64,000 bases of DNA from Carpediemonas membranifera BICM. Its lineage: Eukaryota > Protista > Fornicata. Under the pieces are notes generated by a model, which was not told where the DNA came from, did no database searches, and saw nothing but the letters and a program-made list of their open reading frames with translations. The DNA lies in the NCBI GenBank assembly GCA_019828565.1, contig JAHDYR010000064.1:124001-188000 (forward strand). Reading direction: 5' to 3'. Below, in pieces: positions 19,282-29,521 of this stretch. The number at the start of each line of letters is the position of its first letter. Positions within the stretch are counted from its first letter, which is position 1. A program made the position numbers and the translations under genes.

Positions 19282-20322
19282 ATGCATCCTTCAAGACCAG
19301 CAAATGCTTCACGAAGAACGACACATCGCCCCGTTTCAACCACAGATGGGCCGAAATTCCCTTTCATGGCCACAGTTTTGTTTGATTACGTCGCTTCAGG
19401 TCCTGGCGAGCTCACCATCTCCCGTGGCGACACAGTCGAGGTCACCGACCCTGGTCCCGACGGCTGGGCCCGCGGCCGTGTAGGTTTCGGGGCAGTAGGA
19501 TGGTTCCCTTTCGACTATGTCGAGGAACTCCATGCAGTCCAGTCTGAGGCCGACGATTCAGACGAACTCGCCAACATTGTAGCGATGACGGGGCCTGACT
19601 TTACTAAGGGAGAGCTCGCATCACTCAGTACGACGGGAAACACGCCGTGGGAGGTCATATGGCGCCTCATACAGGCTTTCCTGCAGCATGGATCAGACGA
19701 CAACGAGGGCCGCAAGATCCTGCCGCCGCCGGACGAGCGTCTGTTCACTACAGACCTCGCCCGCGTGCTGGATAAGGACAGGACGAACGTGCCCGTGTTC
19801 CTGACCCATGCTATTGACTATCTCAGAGACACATGCGCCACGAAAGCAGAGGGGATCTTCCGACTATCAGCGTCTGCCTCTGACATGCAGCAGTGGCGCC
19901 TGGCTCTGGATTACGACCACACGCTGCCCCTGGACCCGATCAACGACCATAACTTAGTCGCCTCTCTCCTCAAGATGTTTGTACGAGAGATTCCGGGCGC
20001 CCTTATAAGCCATGAGGCAGGAGACAAGCTGATTCATACGCTGACCAAGCCTCCGACAAGCATGGTGGCGACTATGAATGGGCTGCCCGCGGAGAAACGG
20101 AACACGCTCTGTGCGCTGATGGATCTGCTCGTTGAGATTGCCGAGATTGAGGAAAATCGGATGGATGCCAACAATCTGGCCCTGATTTTCGGTCAGAATA
20201 TTTTCCACCAGCCGCCTGGATTTGATCCGGATCTCATGAAAGGCCAGATCGCCGTCCTTCGCCGAATGATCGAGAATTGGAGCAGTATCCGGGGTTTGTT
20301 GATCGGACCCTCATCCTCGTGA
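19282..20322 (+). CDS. SH3 + RhoGAP domain protein
   Basis: VLFDY...ELTISRGD...GW...GWFPFDYV (SH3); EGIFRLS, ASLLKMFVRE, NRMDANNLALIFG (RhoGAP). Confidence 0.92.
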   Translation: MHPSRPANASRRTTHRPVSTTDGPKFPFMATVLFDYVASGPGELTISRGDTVEVTDPGPDGWARGRVGFGAVGWFPFDYVEELHAVQSEADDSDELANIVAMTGPDFTKGELASLSTTGNTPWEVIWRLIQAFLQHGSDDNEGRKILPPPDERLFTTDLARVLDKDRTNVPVFLTHAIDYLRDTCATKAEGIFRLSASASDMQQWRLALDYDHTLPLDPINDHNLVASLLKMFVREIPGALISHEAGDKLIHTLTKPPTSMVATMNGLPAEKRNTLCALMDLLVEIAEIEENRMDANNLALIFGQNIFHQPPGFDPDLMKGQIAVLRRMIENWSSIRGLLIGPSSS

Positions 20323-20530
20323 AAGCATGGGGAATTGTACTGCTACGGTAAAACTTATCGCTGCTGGCGGGTATTGAGTGTAGTTTGGTGTCTTTTGCTG
20401 GCTGTGGTCGTCGCCTGTGAGATCGGAAATGAAATGAAATCGTCAATTTCCCGCGGCATCGAGCGCAGAGGCAATGCCGGCGGCAGCGTGAACCCTCAGA
20501 ACGCGTTCAATCAGCAAAGATAACCAAACA

Positions 20531-21177
20531 ATGGTCTACGAACAAGCCCCTCTTCCCTACAAGTCCCTCGAGCCCCACTACGACGATAGAACGCTCGATG
20601 TCCACTACAACAAGCACCACAAGGCCTACATCGACAAGGTCAACGCTGCGCTCAAAGAAGTCGGCATGGAGGACAAGGCCCTCGAGTACGTCCTCGGCCA
20701 CCTCGACGAGGTCCCCGAGGCCAAGCGCCAGTTCATCGCCAACAACGGCGGCGGCGCCTGGAACCACTCCTTCTTCTGGAAGTGCATGGCCGTTTGTACA
20801 CACCACACCCCATTCTTACCCAGCCTGAGAGCGAGCGCGGCGAGATGAGCCCCGAGCTGCGTGCTGCCATCGAGCGCGACTTCGGCGACTTCAAGACCTT
20901 CATGACGGGCTTCGCTGACGCTGCTGCAACCCAGTTCGGCTCCGGCTGGGCGTGGCTTGTCATCGACCCCGCCACCAAGAAGCTGTCGATCATGAAGACG
21001 CTCAACCAGGCGACCCCCATCAACGAGGGCAAGTTCAAGCCTCTACTCACCATCGATGTGTGGGAGCACGCCTACTACTTGCTTCACATGTCCAACCGTC
21101 CTGGATGGATCAAGACTTTTGGCCACAATCTCGTGAACTGGAACTTCGTCAATGCCGAGTTCGCCAAGTTCCAGTAA
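20531..21177 (+). CDS. sod: Fe/Mn superoxide dismutase, 2 exons (intron 20792-20823)
   Basis: HYNKHH, NNGGGAWNHSFFW, FGSGWAWL, IDVWEHAYY; removing a 32-nt GT..AG intron joins the two ORFs in frame. Confidence 0.95.
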
Positions 21178-21399
21178 GCGCAATTAAAACTTCAGGTTAG
21201 CGTCATGTGTTGTAGTGGTAGTAAGGGAGAAGTCGATGGTCGCGTCGAGTTCATATTTGGATGGATGGTGAGGATGATGTCGACGACCCCTCTCCCCGAA
21301 TTCTGATGCTGTCGAGCTGAACACCGATGGAATTCACAGTGTGTACAAGTTTATAACGTATGAAGCAGAGTGCTCGATGATGGCCCCTCAGTCGCCCGA

Positions 21400-22323
21400 T
21401 CAAACCACGTTGAACTGATTACCGACGAACACACCCACACCGTCCAGGGGACACACTCCAGTTAGCAGCTCACCGCCACCTGAAGTTACGACCGGCCCAG
21501 ACTTACTCAGTGCAGAGTCAAAACCGCCGTCATGTCCAAGTCCAGTGGCGCGAATGCCCAGGTCACCCACACCCACACCCACACCCACACCCGCATCTAA
21601 GGTCATCTGTGCCCGGCCAGCGTCTAGGTGCAGCTGGTATGAGGGCTTCATCAGCTGGAGATGAGGCAGGCTGGGTGTCATAAACAGGCCGAAGATCACC
21701 AGTATGGCAAGAAGCTGGGTCACACCCTCGCCGGTCTGCCCGGCAGCCTTGGCCCCGACCGTCATGGTCTGCTGCATGGCCTTCATAAACTCAAAGATGG
21801 TCGCCATGCCCTGCTTAAGCTCCTTGACGTCGCTATGGAGATCACTAGCTTCTTCGGCTACAGCGTGGATGTCCTCCGGCTTGCTGGTGGCTACGTCCTT
21901 GATTGTCGAGTGAAGCTGCGCGACCTGTGATTTCAGAGCGTCTCTTTCAGTTCGCATCCGTTGAAGCTCCTCCTCAAGTGCTGCGTTGCGCTGTTTCTCC
22001 TCAGTTACTTGCTGTTCAAGAACAGAGATGTTCCCTTTCGCCTTAGCACGGCTCTTGCGGGCAGCCTCGCGATTGGACTCACGCCTGCGGGCCTTCTTCT
22101 CTTCCACGGTGAGCGATTCACGCGGTTTCTTCATCGGCTCGCTGTCAGAGTTGCTGTCCATAGGCATAGGAGAGAGTTCAAGCGCCTTTCGCCTACGAGG
22201 AGCCTCGCTGAGGATGTCAGAAGAGTCTGTGGCCGGTGAGTTCAAGTTTGGGTCATTGAAGCCCGGTAGGATAGGTAGAGGAACGAATTGAGGACCATCA
22301 GGAAGAAAGTTCAAGTAATCCAT
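21400..22323 (-). CDS. bZIP transcription factor with a C-terminal transmembrane segment (ATF6/CREB3-like architecture)
   Basis: RRRESNREAARKSRAK + heptad leucines; hydrophobic LLAILVIFGLFM. Confidence 0.85.
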   Translation of the reverse strand: MDYLNFLPDGPQFVPLPILPGFNDPNLNSPATDSSDILSEAPRRRKALELSPMPMDSNSDSEPMKKPRESLTVEEKKARRRESNREAARKSRAKAKGNISVLEQQVTEEKQRNAALEEELQRMRTERDALKSQVAQLHSTIKDVATSKPEDIHAVAEEASDLHSDVKELKQGMATIFEFMKAMQQTMTVGAKAAGQTGEGVTQLLAILVIFGLFMTPSLPHLQLMKPSYQLHLDAGRAQMTLDAGVGVGVGVGDLGIRATGLGHDGGFDSALSKSGPVVTSGGGELLTGVCPLDGVGVFVGNQFNVV

Positions 22324-22370
22324 GGTCTTTTGTTGTTGAAACTGTTCTGGTTGGCAGTGCTGAGGCGTGA

Positions 22371-22378
22371 TGACGTCA
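22371..22378. promoter_or_regulatory. CRE palindrome TGACGTCA upstream of the bZIP gene
   Basis: Perfect CRE/ATF site about 48 nt upstream of the bZIP ATG, in a divergent intergenic region. Confidence 0.5.
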
Positions 22379-22532
22379 GCACACGCAGGGATTACGGTTG
22401 CGGATGTAAATCATGTAAATTAGTTAGAACGACGAGAGTAACTCTGTCACGTCCCATGCGATAGTCAGCTTGAGCTCTTAGAAGCCCGGGGCCGTCTGGC
22501 TATGCACCTAATCATTTGATGAAAAAACGCTC

Positions 22533-23762
22533 GTGATGTCCAATCTCGAGCAACTGGAGGAGCAGAGGGATAAGCTGATGGCAGAGGTCCAAAGTCTCCG
22601 CAAAGGGCTAGCTACCACTGCCAGAAAAGCGGAAGCACGCCAGTCTGCGACTGATAACCAAGTCTCCCGAGAATTTCTCCTCGAGGGTTTCCTTAAGACG
22701 CAAATGCACACCAACACCTTAATCAATGACTATACTAACCGCATAATCTCCGCGAAGAAGGCTCTAGAGGACCATGTCGCGAACTACCGGTCCACCCCTG
22801 CCGCCGCCGCCCTCGAACGCCAGATCCTGCACAACATAGACCCCAACGAGCACGAGAGCGCATACCCGCCTCTCTTCACACTCACCCCAAGCTCTATTTT
22901 ATCTGCGGCCATCGAGCACTGTGAAGAACAGGGCATGTCTGTCGCCGCTACCACTCTTCCCCAGCCTACTGTGGCGGTCGACGCAGACGACACCACGCTC
23001 ACTGTAGCAGATCTCCAGAAGATCCACCTGACTCAGTGGGTCATGGCCGAGGAGGCTGAGGCCGAGCTTTCAGCCCAGCCCCGGTGTAACGAGCGAAACC
23101 CAGCCTACCTCGCCGCAGCTGAGGCCGCATGCGACGACATCATAGCCAAGCTGACTGAGCGACTCAAGGACTCATCCCAAGGCAGGTCGGAGGCCCAGTC
23201 TGAGCGGATCGCCGCACTCGAGGAGACTTTGGATGAGAGTAAGAGGCGGCTGACGGCGCTGTGGACCGAGAACAGGGTGGCTGCGGCAGAATTCGGGCTG
23301 AGAAGAAACATCGTGCCGGCAAAGCTCCCAGCGGAATGGGACTTCTCGGCGTGTAACTCGACGGAACTCGAGGCGTTCGGGAGGGTCGACCTGGATGCTC
23401 TTCGGTCAATTGACCCTGCCCGGGATATCGCCCAAGTCTCGATCGCCCAGAGCCACGGTTCCAGCAAGCCTCGGGACGCCAAGGCTTCAGTCTCAGTGAA
23501 TTCTGATACAGCCACCGCAATCGCCCAGAGTGTGGCTAAGATCGACACGGCCAGAGAGTCGACAGATGAGACAGTCACCACTCTCAGAGATTCGATCAAG
23601 GAAAGTTTATTAGCAGTCAAGGACGGCATGGCCGATCTGACCGCGGCGGGGGAGGCGATGGCAGTGTGGGTGTCCGAGCCCGTGGGCGGGCTTGTGGCTG
23701 GCGGGGACTGGAAGGCTGTGCGGGAGTCGTTGAACACTAAGGTGCTCCAAAGCGTCCGGTGA
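22533..23762 (+). CDS. Hypothetical coiled-coil protein
   Basis: 409-aa ORF with heptad patterns; no motif recognised. Confidence 0.7.
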   Translation: MMSNLEQLEEQRDKLMAEVQSLRKGLATTARKAEARQSATDNQVSREFLLEGFLKTQMHTNTLINDYTNRIISAKKALEDHVANYRSTPAAAALERQILHNIDPNEHESAYPPLFTLTPSSILSAAIEHCEEQGMSVAATTLPQPTVAVDADDTTLTVADLQKIHLTQWVMAEEAEAELSAQPRCNERNPAYLAAAEAACDDIIAKLTERLKDSSQGRSEAQSERIAALEETLDESKRRLTALWTENRVAAAEFGLRRNIVPAKLPAEWDFSACNSTELEAFGRVDLDALRSIDPARDIAQVSIAQSHGSSKPRDAKASVSVNSDTATAIAQSVAKIDTARESTDETVTTLRDSIKESLLAVKDGMADLTAAGEAMAVWVSEPVGGLVAGGDWKAVRESLNTKVLQSVR

Positions 23763-23928
23763 GTTCTCACTGTGTTGTTCGTTTGTTGTTGCCGTAGGAA
23801 CCGTCATACGAGTGTTGTAAATGCTTGTGCTGGGTCATATTGGGCGATCTTTGGTCAGACTCAGTCCGATTGGCCGGAGATCGGTTGAGATTTCTCAATA
23901 AAATTCGGCGAACAACGGCAAGGAAGCA

Positions 23929-26900
23929 ATGCGAGAGGCGCGAGCTCGTATTGGACGCAAGGAGCTGTACAAGTGGGCTACAAGCGTATGTGGACTTAAC
24001 TGTACTCGTATTGATGACCTTAAGAACGGTGTTATCTTCATTTCCCTCTTCGATCGCCTTTTCCCCTCTCTCATTGACGAACGCTTCCCATACTCCCGCA
24101 AGCCCGATTCCAGGTCTGAATTGAACCAGAACTGGGACACGCTTCACTCCATCTTCAAGTATCTCGGCATCCCCGATCGAATTTGTGCTGAAAACGCCAT
24201 CATGTCTGGCAACCTGACGGCCGCTTACAACTTCCTCGTACTCTTCTTCTTCCTCGACACCGTCCTCGAAGACAGGCAGATCGAAGTCGACTTTGCTCAC
24301 GCCGTTGACCCTGTTTTGGCAGGCTTCCTCCAAGGCCAAGAAGCTCTCGACGCCATCGACCGCGCCCAGAACCCCCCTAAGCGCGCCACATCGGCAAAGA
24401 AGGCGGAGGGCGAGGACAGCACGGCCACAGTCACCGTCCTGCCCCAGACATCGGCCCACACGGTCGATTCAGTCTTCTTCGAGCAGCTTAGACCTATTTC
24501 AGCCGACGCCACGGAAGACGAGGCCCGAGACAGCAACGCTGTGGACGCCATGAGTGACAAGGACAAGGACAAGGGCACCGAGTCCCCAGCCGACAGCGAG
24601 TCCGTGCGGTCTGACAGGACTAGAAAGTTCCAGGACGTGTTCGACGGCCCTCTGAGTGATCAGGGCCAGGGGCTCTCGCCTATGGTGTCGCCCGTGCCTG
24701 CTCCTCGACCTGCTTCAGTGGCCGAGTCGCGGGGGGACTGGGAAGCGAAGGGGGAGGCTGGAAAGGAGGCCAAGACAGAGCTACAGGCCGAGGTTGAGGG
24801 TATCAACGTAGCGCGGCTGCTGGACAGACTCGAGGCGCTTCAGATGGACAATACTAGGTTGAAACGGGCAGCATCGAGCAGCCAGAGTCAGCTGGACAAG
24901 GATCGGCAGATTACTGTCCTCACCAGACGGGTTGGGTCACTACGGAGACAACTAGACCTTGCAGAACACGAGCGCTCGCTAGTAGACGAAGCCCTGAGGA
25001 AGAGAATTGATGATCTCGAGCATCTTTCAAAGATCGAGGTCCAGGCAGCCGAGTACAAGCTCCATTCGAAGTACACTGTGGACCTAGCAGAGGTACAGAG
25101 AGAGCTTGGTCTGGCTGAGGAGAGGCACATGGCCGAGATGTCAGAGCACGCGATAGCGCTCGAGTCTACCCCTGAGGAGAGCGACGAGTCCCCTGCGGAG
25201 CTTGTACAGAAGATCACAGCGCTTCACACTGAGCTGGACGCCATGCGGAGGGCGTATGACAGGGCCACTGCCCGGAGCAAGGCGCTAGAGGGCCGAGTGG
25301 GGGAGCTCGCCAACAAGGCGCAGGATTTGGACACGAGCGAGGGCGGTGTGAAGCCCACCGACGTGTGCAGCAAGACAGACCTACTCACTGGTGAGCTCAA
25401 CGCTGCCAAGGAGACGATCCGCCGCCTCAAGCTCCAGGTGGAGGGTGCCACCACCGGCACGGACAGGGAAATGGAGCTGCAGGCTGAGATCACGTGCCTC
25501 AGAGGAGATCTGCAGCGTCTGGTCCAGGCAAACCAGTATCTAAGGCAGAGATCATCGCTGTTCGACAAACTCAACGCTGAAATCGACGAGAGCGGAGCTG
25601 CTTTGGCTCGTATGCGAGCCAGAGACGCTAGCGAGCCCTTCGACTCGATTCCCACAGCTATGGCCCGCTGGCTACCTGACCTGACCCAGACATTCGACGG
25701 CAACGCCGATGACAGTGACGCCAGACGCAGTGAGACACGTATTCTTCTCTCGAACCTCGACACGGCCACACCGCTTACAGAAGAGGAAGTCGGCCTGCTC
25801 CGGGGAGTGTTCTGGGAGATGATTGGAACCGAGCAGGTTCACGCTGATCGCCTAATCAGGTGCAGACATTATATCAAGGCCCTGTTCGAGCAGCTACAGT
25901 CGGTGAGAGAAATGCATGTCGCGTCCGTCGCGGAGATGACCGAGGGCCACAGGATGGAAGTAGAGGAGATCCGAGCAAGCCTCATTGCAGCCAAAGACAC
26001 CGTGGTCGACGACAACGCATCGCTCCAAGTCCAACTGCATCTCACAAAGACACAACTAGCAGACCTTGAGGCGGAGCACGCGGACATGGCAGATGAACTC
26101 CAAACCATGCGCCAGAGCCTTGTCGAGGACGGAGACTCCAGGATACAGGAGATGAAGGGCCGAGTTAGAGGCCTAAGGGAGCAGCTCGCGACACAGAAAG
26201 TGCGGGAAGACTTGTGGAAGTCGCTAGTTAACACTCATAGAGAGTATATTAAGCTCGTCAAGGAACTTCCGACCGTTGGACGCGAGACCACGCGACACCG
26301 CGAGCTTCAGGCCAGACGTAGCGGTCTTGAGAGAACCACTGCCAGCCTCATCGAGCAGCTTGGAACACTACAAGTGGACGAGACGGCCATCCCACCTGAA
26401 GTCGATGACGGGCACGTGAAGAAGCAGCTGGAGACGCTTGACCAGGCGCGGATGAAGGAGCATGCCAGATTTAGAGAGGCAAAGCTTCAGTCGGACGCCA
26501 AGGAGCGGCGCGTGCAGGAGCTGACTACTCAGCTTGCCGTGATGAAGGAGAATGAACAAACGCTCGCCCTAGAACTCGGGAAACTGAGGCAGGCGCACAG
26601 CGAGCTTCGTACCCAGCTGGCACAGAATAGCCTGGACGCTGATGCCCGAGTTGCTCGACTCAGGGCGGAGTTTGGTGCTCTCGCCGACACCATTCACGAA
26701 GGGTCTACCGCTATGGCCAGCCCAGCACTGCCCAAGGCGGGTGAGGCAAAGGGCAGGCATTCCAAGGGGTCTGGTGACGATGAAGGGTCTGAAGTGCTCG
26801 CCCCGCTCGTCCCGGACAGCGATAGCGAGAACAACGACGGCGACGACGATGACGACGATGATGATGAGTTGCTTGATGCCGATATTGGTGTGCTCGTCGA

Positions 26901-26964
26901 CCGAGTTGGGGCGATGGCGCGGCACCAGGCGCCACCCGTGCACTCGCACAGCCCCTCTGTGTGA
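23929..26964 (+). CDS. Calponin-homology (EB1/Hook-like) domain + long coiled coil; probably cytoskeletal
   Basis: GRKELYKWA...IDDLKNGVIFISLFDRLFP...NW.TL..IF; coiled coil; acidic tail. Confidence 0.75.
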   Translation: MREARARIGRKELYKWATSVCGLNCTRIDDLKNGVIFISLFDRLFPSLIDERFPYSRKPDSRSELNQNWDTLHSIFKYLGIPDRICAENAIMSGNLTAAYNFLVLFFFLDTVLEDRQIEVDFAHAVDPVLAGFLQGQEALDAIDRAQNPPKRATSAKKAEGEDSTATVTVLPQTSAHTVDSVFFEQLRPISADATEDEARDSNAVDAMSDKDKDKGTESPADSESVRSDRTRKFQDVFDGPLSDQGQGLSPMVSPVPAPRPASVAESRGDWEAKGEAGKEAKTELQAEVEGINVARLLDRLEALQMDNTRLKRAASSSQSQLDKDRQITVLTRRVGSLRRQLDLAEHERSLVDEALRKRIDDLEHLSKIEVQAAEYKLHSKYTVDLAEVQRELGLAEERHMAEMSEHAIALESTPEESDESPAELVQKITALHTELDAMRRAYDRATARSKALEGRVGELANKAQDLDTSEGGVKPTDVCSKTDLLTGELNAAKETIRRLKLQVEGATTGTDREMELQAEITCLRGDLQRLVQANQYLRQRSSLFDKLNAEIDESGAALARMRARDASEPFDSIPTAMARWLPDLTQTFDGNADDSDARRSETRILLSNLDTATPLTEEEVGLLRGVFWEMIGTEQVHADRLIRCRHYIKALFEQLQSVREMHVASVAEMTEGHRMEVEEIRASLIAAKDTVVDDNASLQVQLHLTKTQLADLEAEHADMADELQTMRQSLVEDGDSRIQEMKGRVRGLREQLATQKVREDLWKSLVNTHREYIKLVKELPTVGRETTRHRELQARRSGLERTTASLIEQLGTLQVDETAIPPEVDDGHVKKQLETLDQARMKEHARFREAKLQSDAKERRVQELTTQLAVMKENEQTLALELGKLRQAHSELRTQLAQNSLDADARVARLRAEFGALADTIHEGSTAMASPALPKAGEAKGRHSKGSGDDEGSEVLAPLVPDSDSENNDGDDDDDDDDELLDADIGVLVDRVGAMARHQAPPVHSHSPSV

Positions 26965-27044
26965 TGTAACAATACCGCAATTATAAAGATGCTTCGATCG
27001 AAAAGAACGGCATGGTGCACTTTAGTGCTTTAGTTTTAGACAGT

Positions 27045-29441
27045 CTATTTATTTCCGCTGTCAGCCTCCTTGCGTCTGAACGTCTTTGCCTGGAGCTCTC
27101 GAAGCCACACCCGCAGCGCCGCATCATCCAGCGACGACCAGCACGCTGCCCGCAACCGTCTCACAATTTCGCCCTGCACCGCGCCGGCGGATGGGGCGGC
27201 GTCCGCGCTGCTCCGTTGCCTCAGCACTACAAGCACCTCCTCTGCTTTCTGGATAAACGCCGCAGGCAAGCCCTCCTTCGCCGCCGCTTCCACGCCCCAC
27301 GCGTTGTTTGCTCCTTGTGGCGTGCCTTTGACGACGGCATGGTTGGGCGTGACAACGAAGGGCTGGATCATCGGCTGGGCTGCGAGCTTTCGGAGGTATG
27401 GGTAGTGCGTGGCAAGCACCGGCGTGGCCCCTGCTTGGGCCAAGAACTCGACCAGCGCCCATGCGAGAGAGGCCCCGTCTGTCGCCGAGGTGCCGCGACC
27501 GAACTCGTCGAGCAGGACAAGCGCAGTTGAGGAGGTTTCAGCCAGGGCAAGAGCGGTAGCGGCACTAGAGCACTCAGCAGCGAACGAGGAGACCGTGGCG
27601 CTGGCATCGTCTTCTGTACCTATTCGAGCAAGCACACAGTCTGTCAGCCGTACGGCACACCGCTCAGCAGGCACCGGACAGCCAACATGGGCCAGCACAG
27701 TCGCCACGCCTAGAGACTGAAGGAGCACGGATTTGCCTGCCCCGTGAGGCCCCCAGACGACGTGCCCGCAGTCTAGGGATACATCCTGGCCAACAAGCCC
27801 GTCTCTAGGTAACAGCGGGCTTGTCAGCTGGGTAGCGGCGAGGACGGGGCCGGCCGAGGTCAGCGTGGGGCGACAGCACTCGTGGGTGGCGGCGAAGGTG
27901 GCGAAGCCGAGCAGGACGTCTACAAGGGCTACTGCGTCTATGAGTCGCATGACGTGCGGCAGGTCTTGGCGCACAGCGTGGACGAGCTCCTCGGCTGCTC
28001 CGGCCATTGCCGCGGAGATCTCTTTGAGCGCGGCCGACACGCGAGTGTTTAGGCGATCAAGTACATCAGTTGTCGCTATCAGCTTGCGTCTGCCGGGTAG
28101 GGCCAGGAGAGGGTCGGGTAGGGTCTTCGTGCCCCTCGGCAGACTCAGATGGAACAATAACTGCGGACTAAACTTCAGCCCGACTGCCAGACCGGTGTCG
28201 GCGGCCACAGCATCCTTGTGCGCTTCAATGTCATCGACGATCTCTGTGAGAACTGCCCTGCATGCGTCTAGCACGCCGTTACCCCCGCCCCGGATGGAAA
28301 ACGTCTCTCGCATCAGCGTGACTAGCGCGTTGCCTCGGGGTGGGAGGTCGGGGGTCAATGCGGCGTCGAGAGTGGAGTGAAGTTGGGCAAAGGAGGCCTC
28401 TTCGCTCCGCAGGAAGTCGCCCATGGAGGCGAACAGCGCGCTGTGGGTTGACTGGGCTAGGGCTGCAGCTAGCTCGGCTGTGTGGGTCAGCGCCGCTCTG
28501 ACTCGAAGCAGGGCGTCCAGTACTGGTCTGAGCACGCCGTTGATGCCCTGTTTGGGGATCACTGAGAGCCTGGCGACGGCCTGGGCGATGTTTAGGTCCG
28601 CGTACTGGGCGATCGCGGCTTGTAGAGTGTAGTGCAGGTCTCGGTTGGACAATAGCTCCGCCACTGCGTCCTGGCGCTGCACCAAGGTCTCCATATCAGT
28701 GTATGGCTGGAGCAGCGCTCGAACTAGAGCCCTGCGGCCGTCATCCGTGCGTGTAGGGATGACGCTAGCCACGCTGGGCTGGCCCTGCTTGGTGGGAGTC
28801 AAGCAAAGCGCCCGGGCAGTGTGGGAGTCGAGTAGCAGGCGGCCGTGGATGGAAGCTGGGGTGACAGTGAGTGTCTTCTGGCCTAGTATGACGTTCCTGG
28901 TCTGTTCGAGGTAGGCTATCGCAGCTCCAGCAGCACCAATGCAGTCTCCGAAGTCAGTTGTGTCCACTGGGGCTAGGAAGTAGCTATGAGTGTCTCCTGC
29001 TCGGAAGAGACGGCGTTGTAGGGTTACTACGCGCAGTCCAGCCTCGGATAGGCCCTGGAGGAGGGTGACGGCGCCTAGGTTTGTTGGCACAAGGACCTCG
29101 TGGGGCATGACGAGTGAGAGAAGGCCCAAGGTGTGGACGAAGGTGTTGGAGTCCGTGAAGTGGTACAGCTCGACCGTATTCCGGTCGGTGAAGAAGATGC
29201 AGATGGACACGAAGCCGCTCTTCTCAATGGTGAGCGCTGCAACGGATGATTCAACACTAGAGAGTGTGTGGGGCGTGATTCTGCTCGTAGATGCAGCGTT
29301 TGAGAGATTTCTTGAGCGGTTATTGGGATTAGGCGTGCAGCTCTCGCCAATAAGCGTGAAATTGGATTCTTCGGCTCCATTTTGCTGCATGTCGAAAGGA
29401 TTGCCCATCTGAGCATTCATGAAGTCGTCGATATCGTCCAT
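27045..29441 (-). CDS. MSH4: MutS homolog, MSH4-like (meiotic; no mismatch-binding domain)
   Basis: GPHGAGKS, SSFAAE, LLDEFGRGTS, ATHY; N-terminus FTDSNTFVHTL...PHEVL is like MSH4. Confidence 0.75.
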   Translation of the reverse strand: MDDIDDFMNAQMGNPFDMQQNGAEESNFTLIGESCTPNPNNRSRNLSNAASTSRITPHTLSSVESSVAALTIEKSGFVSICIFFTDRNTVELYHFTDSNTFVHTLGLLSLVMPHEVLVPTNLGAVTLLQGLSEAGLRVVTLQRRLFRAGDTHSYFLAPVDTTDFGDCIGAAGAAIAYLEQTRNVILGQKTLTVTPASIHGRLLLDSHTARALCLTPTKQGQPSVASVIPTRTDDGRRALVRALLQPYTDMETLVQRQDAVAELLSNRDLHYTLQAAIAQYADLNIAQAVARLSVIPKQGINGVLRPVLDALLRVRAALTHTAELAAALAQSTHSALFASMGDFLRSEEASFAQLHSTLDAALTPDLPPRGNALVTLMRETFSIRGGGNGVLDACRAVLTEIVDDIEAHKDAVAADTGLAVGLKFSPQLLFHLSLPRGTKTLPDPLLALPGRRKLIATTDVLDRLNTRVSAALKEISAAMAGAAEELVHAVRQDLPHVMRLIDAVALVDVLLGFATFAATHECCRPTLTSAGPVLAATQLTSPLLPRDGLVGQDVSLDCGHVVWGPHGAGKSVLLQSLGVATVLAHVGCPVPAERCAVRLTDCVLARIGTEDDASATVSSFAAECSSAATALALAETSSTALVLLDEFGRGTSATDGASLAWALVEFLAQAGATPVLATHYPYLRKLAAQPMIQPFVVTPNHAVVKGTPQGANNAWGVEAAAKEGLPAAFIQKAEEVLVVLRQRSSADAAPSAGAVQGEIVRRLRAACWSSLDDAALRVWLRELQAKTFRRKEADSGNK

Positions 29442-29521
29442 GGTGACCTAAGAGACGCGATTCTTCTCTTTTCTCGGAAATGGCTTTCCGGACATACGAT
29501 CTGCGCTAATCTGACAAAACT

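Noticed and set aside
21564-21592. (ACCCAC)n telomere-like repeat
   Set aside because: Encodes a GVGVGV run within the bZIP CDS
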